The notes under the pieces were generated by a model, which worked only from the letters and a program-made list of their open reading frames with translations, was not told the DNA's origin and did no database searches. From an uncultured delta proteobacterium (lineage in GTDB: Bacteria; Desulfobacterota; Binatia; HRBIN30; BPIQ01), in NCBI GenBank assembly GCA_963761335.1, contig CAVXGR010000011.1, positions 320,001 to 384,000 on the forward strand: a DNA stretch of 64,000 nt, read 5' to 3'. The position numbers and the translations under genes were made by a program. Within the stretch, counting starts at the first letter, position 1; each line of letters starts with the position of its first letter. Below, piece after piece: positions 27,175 through 35,704 of the stretch.

Positions 27175-29118
27175 ATGTGCGGAATTGCCGGATACGCCGT
27201 CCGCGACGGCGCCCCCATCGAGCGACAGATCCTGGCGCGCATGGCCGCGGCACTGCGCCATCGGGGCCCGGACGGCGAGGGGATCGCCGTGATCGGCGGG
27301 GTGGGGCTCGCACATCGCCGTCTCGCCATCATCGACCTGACGAGCGGCGAACAGCCGATGGCGAGCGCCGACGGCCGCCTGTGGATCACCTTCAACGGCG
27401 AGATATACAACTACCTCGAGCTGCGCGCCGAGCTCGAGGCTCGCGGGCACAGCTTCCGCACCACCTCCGATACGGAGACCATCCTCGCCGCCTACGCCGA
27501 GTACGGCGCCGAATGCGTCCTGCATCTGCGCGGCATGTTCGCCTTTGCCCTGTACGACGCGCGCGAGGATGTCCTGCTCCTCGCCCGCGATCGCTTCGGC
27601 ATCAAGCCGCTCTACTACTGCGAGACCAACGGGGCGCTGGTGTTCGCCTCGGAGCTGAAGGGGCTGCTGGCGCATCCCGCGGTGCCGCGCGAGATCGACC
27701 CGCTGGCGATCAGCGACTATCTCACCTACGGATACGTCCCGGCAGAGCGCTCCATCTTCCGGGGGATCTCCAAGCTGCGCCCGGCGACCATTCTCCTGCG
27801 GCGCCGCGGCCGTACGGAGCTGCGGACCTACTGGAAGCCGAGCTTCGGGGGCGACAGGGAGGCCCTATCGGACGGCGAGTGGGCCGAGCGGACGCGCCAG
27901 ACGCTGGCCGAGTCGGTCCGCCTGCACATGCGTGCCGACGTTCCCTACGGCGCGCTCCTCTCCGGAGGGCTCGACTCCAGCGCCGTGGTGGCGCTGATGG
28001 CACAGTCCTCCAGTCAGCCGCTGCGCACCTACACGGTCGGCTTCGAGGACAGCGCCTTCGACGAACGCCTCTACGCGCGGCAGGTGGCCGAGCGCTTCGG
28101 CACGCGACACACCGAGGTGGTGCTGCGCCCCGACGGCCTCGGGGCGCTGCCCGAGCTGGTCGAGCAGTTCGACGAGCCCTTCGCCGACGCCTCGGCGCTG
28201 CCCTGCTTCCACATTGCCCGGGTGGTCGCCCGCGATCTCAAGGTCTGCCTCACCGGCGACGGCGGCGACGAGGCCTTCGGCGGCTACGACGCCTACCGCA
28301 TGGCTCTGCGCCTCGGCGCCCTCGACCGCATTCCGCTCCGCTTGCGGCGGCTGCTGCTCGATCCGCTGCTGTCGGTGTACCCGCACTGGCTCTCCGGCCG
28401 CGGCCTGCTCGGCTTCGCGCGCCTCGGTTTTACGGATCGCTACATCGAGCTGATGTGTGGCTTCGACAACGGCCAGAAGCAGCGAATTCTCACCGCCGAC
28501 TTCGCGCGCGCCGTCGCCGATCGCGACTCGTACGACGTCTGCCGTCCACTGATGCTCGGCGACGGGCCTCTCGACCGCATGCAGGCGGCGGACTACCGGA
28601 GCTATCTCCCCGACGACATTCTGGTGAAGGCGGACCGCACCTCGATGCGCCACGGCCTCGAGCTGCGCGTGCCCTTCATCGATGCGGAGGTCTTCGACCT
28701 CGCCCGCCGCCTGCCCCCGGAGCTGCGCGTTCGTCACGGCCGCGGCAAGCACGTCCTGCGCGAGGCGGTGAAGGATCTGCTGCCGGAGCTGAACCTGGAG
28801 CGCGGCAAGCAGGGCTTCGGTGTACCGCTGCGGCGATGGCTCGGCGGCGACCTCGGCGGATTCGCCACCGAGGTATTCGCCGATCCGCGCACGGCACAGC
28901 GCGGCATCCTCAACGTCGCCGAGCTCCTTGCCACGGTGCGCCACAACGCCCACGCGCGGCCCCGCCTCGATCAGGAGATCTGGACGGCGCTGATGCTGGA
29001 GCTTTGGTGCCGCCACTATCTGGATCAGGCGCCGGCCGCGCCGCGCCCTTCCGCCGCCGCGGTCGCCAGTCGCTTCGCGCCGGCGATCGCCGGCGCGGCT
29101 GCGCCAATGGAAAGATGA
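27175..29118 (+). CDS. asnB: Asparagine synthase-like glutamine amidotransferase, copy 1
   Basis: MCGIAG, HRGPD, FNGEIYN, LSGGLDSS, GDGGDE, KQGF. Confidence 0.93.
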   Translation: MCGIAGYAVRDGAPIERQILARMAAALRHRGPDGEGIAVIGGVGLAHRRLAIIDLTSGEQPMASADGRLWITFNGEIYNYLELRAELEARGHSFRTTSDTETILAAYAEYGAECVLHLRGMFAFALYDAREDVLLLARDRFGIKPLYYCETNGALVFASELKGLLAHPAVPREIDPLAISDYLTYGYVPAERSIFRGISKLRPATILLRRRGRTELRTYWKPSFGGDREALSDGEWAERTRQTLAESVRLHMRADVPYGALLSGGLDSSAVVALMAQSSSQPLRTYTVGFEDSAFDERLYARQVAERFGTRHTEVVLRPDGLGALPELVEQFDEPFADASALPCFHIARVVARDLKVCLTGDGGDEAFGGYDAYRMALRLGALDRIPLRLRRLLLDPLLSVYPHWLSGRGLLGFARLGFTDRYIELMCGFDNGQKQRILTADFARAVADRDSYDVCRPLMLGDGPLDRMQAADYRSYLPDDILVKADRTSMRHGLELRVPFIDAEVFDLARRLPPELRVRHGRGKHVLREAVKDLLPELNLERGKQGFGVPLRRWLGGDLGGFATEVFADPRTAQRGILNVAELLATVRHNAHARPRLDQEIWTALMLELWCRHYLDQAPAAPRPSAAAVASRFAPAIAGAAAPMER

Positions 29119-29125
29119 GGGAATC

Positions 29126-30436
29126 ATGAAGCTCGCAATCTTCGGGCTCGGCTACGTCGGCACCGTCTCGGCCGCCTGCTTCGCGGCGCGCGGCCACGAG
29201 GTGAGCGGCGTCGACATCGACCCGAGCAAGGTGGAGAGCGTCAATCGCGGGCACAGCCCGGTCATCGAGCAGGATCTGGACGAGCGCGTGCGCGAGGCTA
29301 TCGACAGCGGCCGCCTGCGGGCCACCACCAACGGCGAAAAGGCCGTCGCCGAGGCCGACGTCTCCCTCGTCTGCGTCGGCACTCCGAGCCGCGACAACGG
29401 CAGCCTGAACCTCGACCACGTGGCGCGGGTCGCCGCGGAGATCGGTACCGCGCTGCGCCGGCGACCCGGCTACCACGTCGTCGCCTTCCGCAGCACCATG
29501 CTCCCGGGAACCACCGAAGAGCGCCTCATCCCCATCCTGGCGGAAGCATCGGGGCGCCGGCCGGGCGCCGACTTCGGCGTCGCCGTGAACCCGGAGTTCC
29601 TGCGCGAGGGCAGCTCGGTGGAGGACTTCGACCACCCGTCGCGGACGGTGATCGGCCAGCTGGACGCTCCCAGCGGCGATGCCGTCGAGCAGCTGTACAC
29701 CGGCATTCCCGCCCCGGTGGTGCGCACCGAGGTGCGCACCGCGGAGCTGGTGAAGTACGCCGACAACGCCTTCCACGCGCTCAAGATCGCCTTCGCCAAC
29801 GAGCTCGGCGCCGTCTGCAAGGAGGCCGGCGTCGACAGCCATCGGCTCATGGACATCTTCTGCATGGACACCAAGCTCAACGTGTCGCGCGCCTATCTGC
29901 GTCCCGGGGTGCCCTTCGGAGGCTCGTGTCTGCCGAAGGACGTGCGCGCCCTCGTCTATCAGGCCCGCAGCCACGATCTCCAGGTGCCGCTGCTGGAATC
30001 GATTCTGCGGAGCAACGAGCTGCACAAGCGGCGGGCGCTCGATCTGATCCTGGGCACGCACATGCGCAAGATCGGCATCCTCGGCCTGAGCTTCAAGCAG
30101 GGCACCGACGACCTGCGCGAGAGCCCCGCCGTCGAGCTCACCGAGACGCTGATCGGCAAAGGATTCAACGTCGCCATCTACGACCGGAACGTCTCGCTGG
30201 CACGGCTCGTCGGCGCCAACCGCGCCTATATCGAGCGGGAGATTCCGCACATCTCCAGCCTCATGCGCGACTCGATCGAAGAGGTGCGCGAGCACGCCGA
30301 GGTCCTGGTGGTGACCACTCCGGCACCGGAGTTTCGCGGCATCTCCTCGACGCTGCGACCCGGCCAGGTGCTCGTCGATCTGGTGCGACTCGGCAACGGC
30401 GGCAACGGCAACGGCGCGATTCGCGGCATCTGCTGA
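29126..30436 (+). CDS. UDP-glucose/GDP-mannose 6-dehydrogenase (AlgD-like)
   Basis: GLGYVG, CVGTPS, NPEFLREG, FGGSCLPKD, DDLRESP. Confidence 0.93.
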   Translation: MKLAIFGLGYVGTVSAACFAARGHEVSGVDIDPSKVESVNRGHSPVIEQDLDERVREAIDSGRLRATTNGEKAVAEADVSLVCVGTPSRDNGSLNLDHVARVAAEIGTALRRRPGYHVVAFRSTMLPGTTEERLIPILAEASGRRPGADFGVAVNPEFLREGSSVEDFDHPSRTVIGQLDAPSGDAVEQLYTGIPAPVVRTEVRTAELVKYADNAFHALKIAFANELGAVCKEAGVDSHRLMDIFCMDTKLNVSRAYLRPGVPFGGSCLPKDVRALVYQARSHDLQVPLLESILRSNELHKRRALDLILGTHMRKIGILGLSFKQGTDDLRESPAVELTETLIGKGFNVAIYDRNVSLARLVGANRAYIEREIPHISSLMRDSIEEVREHAEVLVVTTPAPEFRGISSTLRPGQVLVDLVRLGNGGNGNGAIRGIC

Positions 30437-30464
30437 GGAGAGGGAACGCGGCGCCGAGTCCACC

Positions 30465-31616
30465 ATGAAAATCCTCCTCCTCTCTCTGAACTGGGTCGAG
30501 TACCAGATCGAGATGGCCAACGCCCTGACGGCCCTCGGCCATCGGGTCGAGGTGATCTTCAAGACCGAGCGCGTGCACGCCACCGTCGGCGAAGCGCTGC
30601 CGCAGCTGCTCGACCGTCGCGTCCGCTATCACCTGCTCGACGATCGGCCGCGCGGCCTGCGCGATCCGCGGCAGCTCTCCACCATCGCGCGGCTGATCGT
30701 TTTGCTGCGCGGCATCTCCCCGGACGTCATCTTTCTGCACGAGGCGACCAACACCTATCTGCCGCTGTGCCTGTCGGCGGCGGCCCGACGCACGCCTCTG
30801 CTGCTCACGGTACACGACGTCACCGCGCATCCCGGCGCCGACGCGGAAGGACCGCGGCGACGCGAATGGGTGCAGCAGTGGTTGCGGCAGCGCGCCTCGG
30901 CGGTGATCGTTCACGGCGAGTGGCTGCGCCAGCGCTACCTGGAGCTTCCCGGCAAGACATGCCGCAACGTGCACGCCATTCCGCACGGATGTTACACGGT
31001 GCTGCGGCACTGGGCGGCGGCGGACGCCCAAGAGATCGAGAACTCGGTGCTCTTCTTCGGTCGCATCCACGCCTACAAGGGGCTCGGCTATCTGGTGCGC
31101 GCCGCGGATCGCATCGCCGCCTCGATTCCGAATCTGCGCGTGGTGATCGCCGGCGACGGCACCGAGCTCGACCTGTACCGCGACCGCTTCGCGGCGCACC
31201 CGGAGCGCTTCGTCATCCACCGCGGGTATCTCCCCAACACCGCGGTGGCGCGGGTGTTCCAGGAATCCTCACTGGTGGTGCTGCCGTACATCGAAGGGTC
31301 GCAGAGCGGCGTGGTGCGCATCGCCTACGTGTTCGGCAAACCCGTGGTGGCCACGCGCGTCGGCAGCATCCCCGAATCGATCCGCGAGGGGGAGACCGGA
31401 CTGCTGGTGCCGCCGCGCGACGAGAACGCCCTCGCCGACGCCGTCGTCGCGGTGCTGGCGGACAAGGACCGCCTGCGGCGGATGGCGGGCAACGCCGCCC
31501 GCATGCCGGAGACGGAGATGTCCTGGAGCCGGGTGGCCGAGAGAACCGTGCGGGTCATCGAAGATCTGCCGCGGCGAGCGGCGTTGCCGGTCGCCGTACC
31601 CGGAGGAGCCGCGTGA
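30465..31616 (+). CDS. GT4 glycosyltransferase
   Basis: FFGRIHAYKG, LPYIEGSQSGV, KPVVATRVG. Confidence 0.9.
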   Translation: MKILLLSLNWVEYQIEMANALTALGHRVEVIFKTERVHATVGEALPQLLDRRVRYHLLDDRPRGLRDPRQLSTIARLIVLLRGISPDVIFLHEATNTYLPLCLSAAARRTPLLLTVHDVTAHPGADAEGPRRREWVQQWLRQRASAVIVHGEWLRQRYLELPGKTCRNVHAIPHGCYTVLRHWAAADAQEIENSVLFFGRIHAYKGLGYLVRAADRIAASIPNLRVVIAGDGTELDLYRDRFAAHPERFVIHRGYLPNTAVARVFQESSLVVLPYIEGSQSGVVRIAYVFGKPVVATRVGSIPESIREGETGLLVPPRDENALADAVVAVLADKDRLRRMAGNAARMPETEMSWSRVAERTVRVIEDLPRRAALPVAVPGGAA

Positions 31617-32638
31617 TGCCTCTCCGCTCACTGACGCGGGCCATGGCGCGCACCGGGCTGCCGGCTCTCCTGTGGCAATGCCAGAAGGTGCGGCCGCGGC
31701 AGGGGCGCGCCTTCGTGCTCATGTATCACCGCGTCTCGGCCGAGCGCGACTATCTCGGCCTGTGCACGCCCCCGGCGGTATTCGACCGGCAGATGACACT
31801 GCTGCGCCGACGGATGCGGGTGCTGCCGCTGCGCCAGCTCGCCGAGCGCCTGCGGCAGCCGGAGCCGCTGGCGGAGGACGTCGCCGCGATCACCTTCGAT
31901 GACGGCTATCGCGACAATCTCGACGTCGCCCTGCCGATCCTCGAGCGCCACGGCCTGCCGGCGACGGTGTTCGTCGCCACCGGGTTCATCGACGGCACCG
32001 CCTGCCCGGCCGGAGAGCGCCTGCGGGCCGCCGTCGAGGCCATGTGGCGGCGCGCCGCCGCCCCCGGAGAGTGGGGTGCCGCAGAGACCGATCTCGATCG
32101 CGGCGTGCGCGCCGCTCTGGCTCGCCCGGGATCTCTTCCGGCGCTGCGCCGGCTGCGCCAGCAGCTCAAAGAGATCGCCGACGACGAGAGCGAGCGAGCC
32201 CTCGCCAGGCTGGAGGAGCTGGCGGCGCAGCCGACGCGGCAGCGCGCCCCGATGCTCAGCTGGAACGAGGTGCGTACCCTGTCGCGGCGCGGCATCGAGA
32301 TCGGCTCCCACACGGTCTCGCACGCCATTCTCTCCCGGCTGCCCACCGAACGCGCCGAGCGCGAGCTGCGCGCCTCCAAGGCGCGCATCGAGGCGGCCAT
32401 CGACGCTCCCGTGCTCGGCTTCGCCTATCCCAACGGCGGTACCGGCGATTTTTCCGCCGATCACGTGGACATGCTGCGGCGCGGCGGATACCAGTACGCC
32501 TGCACCACCGAATGGGGCGCCAATCAGGGCGGCGGAGATGCCTTCGGGCTGCGGCGCATCGGCATCGGCGACGACGCCCGGCCCCTTCTCGATCTGAAGC
32601 TCGCCCTCGCGGGGTTTTCGCGATCATGTGCGGCATAG
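31616..32638 (+). CDS. Polysaccharide deacetylase family protein
   Basis: LMYHRV, ITFDDGY, IGSHTVSH, FAYPNG. Confidence 0.9.
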   Translation: MPLRSLTRAMARTGLPALLWQCQKVRPRQGRAFVLMYHRVSAERDYLGLCTPPAVFDRQMTLLRRRMRVLPLRQLAERLRQPEPLAEDVAAITFDDGYRDNLDVALPILERHGLPATVFVATGFIDGTACPAGERLRAAVEAMWRRAAAPGEWGAAETDLDRGVRAALARPGSLPALRRLRQQLKEIADDESERALARLEELAAQPTRQRAPMLSWNEVRTLSRRGIEIGSHTVSHAILSRLPTERAERELRASKARIEAAIDAPVLGFAYPNGGTGDFSADHVDMLRRGGYQYACTTEWGANQGGGDAFGLRRIGIGDDARPLLDLKLALAGFSRSCAA

Positions 32639-34530
32639 CGGGAATATTCGCCCTCGGGTCGGCGCTGGTCCCGGAGGAGCCGCTACGGCGGATGAACGCC
32701 GCCATGATCCATCGCGGCCCCGACGACGAGGGGCTCTTCTGCGACGGCCGCGCCGGGCTCGGCATGCGCCGCCTGAGCATCATCGGCCTCGCCAACGGCC
32801 ACCAGCCGATCTTCAGCGAGGACGGCAGCGTCGTCGTGGTGATGAACGGCGAGATCTACAACTATCGCGAGCTGAAGCAGCAGCTGCAGGAGCGCGGCCA
32901 CCGCTTCTCCACCGACAGCGACGGCGAGGTCGCCGTGCACCTCTACGAGGAGAAGGGCAGCGCCTTCGCCGAGGACCTGCGCGGCATGTTCGCCTTTGCC
33001 CTCTACGACCGCCTGCGCCGCACCCTCCTGCTGGTGCGCGATCGCCTCGGCAAGAAGCCCCTCTACTACGCGCGGCGCGGCGGCATCGTGCTCTTCGCCT
33101 CGGAGATCAAGGCGCTGCACGCCTCCGGCCTGCTGCCCAAGGCGATGAACCGCAAGGCGGTCGACACCTATCTGTCGCAGGGATACGTCGCCGGCGACGA
33201 GACGCTCTTCGAGCAGGTGTACCGGCTTCCCGCCGGCTGTCTCCTCTCGGTCAGCGGCGGCCGACTGGAGCGGCGGCGCTACTGGGACCTGCCGCGACCG
33301 GCGCCAGCGGTGGCGCCGTCGCCCACGGATGCGGCGCGCGCCGTGCGGCGCCTGCTGGAGGAGGCGGTCGCCGTGCGCTTGATGAGCGAGGTGCCACTCG
33401 GCGCTTTTCTCAGCGGCGGTATCGATTCGAGCGCGGTCGTGGGCGTGATGTCGCGTCAGCTCGACGCACCCGTGCAGACCTTCTCGGTGGGCTTCGACGA
33501 CGTCCAGCTCGACGAGCTGAGCGGCGCCCGTGAGCTGGCGCACCACTTCCACACCGATCACCACGAGGTGGTGGTGCGCTCCTGCGATCCGGAGCTGCTC
33601 CGGCAGATCAACTGGCACAGCGACGAGCCCGCCGCCGACCCGGCCGCGGTGCCCACCTTCTGCCTCTCGAAGTTCGCCCGACAGCGAGTCACCGTGGTAC
33701 TCACCGGCGAGGGGGGCGACGAGCTCTTCGCCGGCTATCGCCACTACCGCCAGCACCGCCGCCTCCTCGATCTCGAGCGCCGCCTTCCCGGCCTGCGCGC
33801 CGCCGCCCGCTCCGCCGCCGTCCTGGCCCCACAGCTCGGGCAGCTCGGGCAGCGGCGCTGGTGGAAGGCGCTGTGGCTGGCCGGGCTGCCGGCGACGCAG
33901 CTCTCGCGCGCCTGGTTGAGCGCCTTCACGGAGGCCGAGCTGCGGCGGCTCTACAACCCGGAGTTCGCCCGCGCCGATTGCAACGGGCATCAGGACGCCG
34001 CCTTCGCCCCGTATGAGGAAGAGGCACGCGAGCTGGATCCGGTGGCGCAGGCCATGTACCTCGACACCAAGCTGCACCTCGCCGACCAGCTGCTGATGAA
34101 GGTCGACAAGATGACCATGGCGGCGTCTCTCGAGGCGCGCTGTCCGTTCCTCGATCAGAAGCTGGTCGAGTACGTCGCGGCGCTGCCGACGGCGATGAAG
34201 CTGCCGGCGCGTGGCAGCAAGCTGATTCTGCGCGACGCGGTGCGCGACCTGTTGCCGGCCGCGGTGCTGTCGCGCCCCAAGCAGGGATTCGAGCCGCCGA
34301 TCCGGCGTTGGCTGCTCGGCGATCTCGCACCGCTGGCGGAGGAGGTTCTCCTGCACAGCGCCGCGGCGCTCGGCGAGATTCTCGATCTCGCCGCGGTGCG
34401 CTCGCTGTGGGCGTCGCTGCGCCAGCGCAGCGACGACGTGCTGGCGCGCCAGTGCTGGATCCTTTTGAACCTGGCCACCTGGCAGCAGCTTCACTGGCAG
34501 GAGCCGGAGAGGACGGCCGCGTGTCTGTGA
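32626..34530 (+). CDS. asnB: Asparagine synthase-like glutamine amidotransferase, copy 2
   Basis: MCGIAG, HRGPD, NGEIYN, LSGGIDSS, GEGGDELFAGY, KQGF. Confidence 0.93.
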   Translation: MCGIAGIFALGSALVPEEPLRRMNAAMIHRGPDDEGLFCDGRAGLGMRRLSIIGLANGHQPIFSEDGSVVVVMNGEIYNYRELKQQLQERGHRFSTDSDGEVAVHLYEEKGSAFAEDLRGMFAFALYDRLRRTLLLVRDRLGKKPLYYARRGGIVLFASEIKALHASGLLPKAMNRKAVDTYLSQGYVAGDETLFEQVYRLPAGCLLSVSGGRLERRRYWDLPRPAPAVAPSPTDAARAVRRLLEEAVAVRLMSEVPLGAFLSGGIDSSAVVGVMSRQLDAPVQTFSVGFDDVQLDELSGARELAHHFHTDHHEVVVRSCDPELLRQINWHSDEPAADPAAVPTFCLSKFARQRVTVVLTGEGGDELFAGYRHYRQHRRLLDLERRLPGLRAAARSAAVLAPQLGQLGQRRWWKALWLAGLPATQLSRAWLSAFTEAELRRLYNPEFARADCNGHQDAAFAPYEEEARELDPVAQAMYLDTKLHLADQLLMKVDKMTMAASLEARCPFLDQKLVEYVAALPTAMKLPARGSKLILRDAVRDLLPAAVLSRPKQGFEPPIRRWLLGDLAPLAEEVLLHSAAALGEILDLAAVRSLWASLRQRSDDVLARQCWILLNLATWQQLHWQEPERTAACL

Positions 34531-35681
34531 GCGCCGCCATATCCGTCGCCGCACCGATCACGGCTCGGCGCCGCGTGCTGTTCGCGATCACCAGCAGCGA
34601 CTTCGGGGGAACGGAGAGCGCGCTGCGCGAGCTGGTGCTGCGCCTCGACCCCGGCGAGTTCGAGATCGCCGTCTGCTCACTGCGCCCGCGGGGACGCATT
34701 GCCGACGAGCTGGCGGACCACGGCGTTGCGGTCCTCAGCCTCGACATGGACGAGCGGCCGCAAACGCGAGAGCTCATCGACGGCATCCGCCGCATGACGG
34801 CATTGATGAACGAGCTCGACGTCGATCTGGTGCATTCCTTCCTCTATCGCGCCAACGTGCTCTCGCGCCTGAGCGCGCAGCTCGCCCACCGCCGGCCGAT
34901 CGTGGTCTCCAGCCAGCGGAGCCTGCACCCCACCGGCGATCGATTGTCAAAGCTGGCCAGCCGCTGGACGCAGCGCCTCTCCGATCGGGTGATCGCCGTC
35001 TCCGAAGCGGTTCGCCGGGAGGTGATCCGCGCCGAGGGACTGCCGGCCGAGCAGGTCGTCGTCATCGGCAACGGCGTCGACGTCGAGCGCTACGGCAAGG
35101 CCCTGCCGCTGATGGCGCGCAGCGAGCTGCGGCTGCAGCCGGGCTCCATCCTGGTGGGCGGCGTCGGACGCCTGTCCCCGGAGAAGGGATTTCCCGATCT
35201 GCTCGAGGCCGTGGCCCTGGCGCGGAGCGCCGGCGTGCCGGTGGAGCTGCTCCTCGCCGGCAGCGGTCCAGCAGAGGATCGGCTGCGCCAGCGGAGCCGC
35301 GAGCTGGCGCTCGACGTCCGCTTTCTCGGAGCACGTCGCGACGCCCAGCGCATCTATCCGCTGCTGGACATCTTCGCCCTGCCATCACTGCAGGAAGGCG
35401 CTCCCAACGCCCTCCTCGAGGCGATGGCGGCGGCGCGCCCGATCGCCGCCACTGCGGTGGGCGGCGTCCCGGAGATGATCGAGCACGAGCACAGCGGCCT
35501 GCTGGTGCCGCCGCGGCAGCCGCACGCTCTCGCCGCGGCGCTGGCACGCCTCGCCGGCGATGCGGCGCTGCGGCAGCGACTCGGCAGCGAGGCCAGCCGC
35601 CGCGCCCGAGAGCACTTCGACATCACCGGCGTGGTCGAGCAGCACGCGGCGCTGTACCGCTCGCTGCTGGTGGGGAGATAG
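34527..35681 (+). CDS. GT4 glycosyltransferase
   Basis: GGTE, NGVD, GRLSPEKG, EGAPNALLEAMA. Confidence 0.9.
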   Translation: MSAAISVAAPITARRRVLFAITSSDFGGTESALRELVLRLDPGEFEIAVCSLRPRGRIADELADHGVAVLSLDMDERPQTRELIDGIRRMTALMNELDVDLVHSFLYRANVLSRLSAQLAHRRPIVVSSQRSLHPTGDRLSKLASRWTQRLSDRVIAVSEAVRREVIRAEGLPAEQVVVIGNGVDVERYGKALPLMARSELRLQPGSILVGGVGRLSPEKGFPDLLEAVALARSAGVPVELLLAGSGPAEDRLRQRSRELALDVRFLGARRDAQRIYPLLDIFALPSLQEGAPNALLEAMAAARPIAATAVGGVPEMIEHEHSGLLVPPRQPHALAAALARLAGDAALRQRLGSEASRRAREHFDITGVVEQHAALYRSLLVGR

Positions 35682-35704
35682 AGATGGAGCAGCTGCCGCG
35701 GTGC

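Noticed and set aside
27175..34530. AsnB genes as lasso-peptide cyclases acting on the 7751 peptide
   Set aside because: Both keep the N-terminal MCG glutaminase domain, no lasso B protease or RRE is present, and the context is polysaccharide synthesis.
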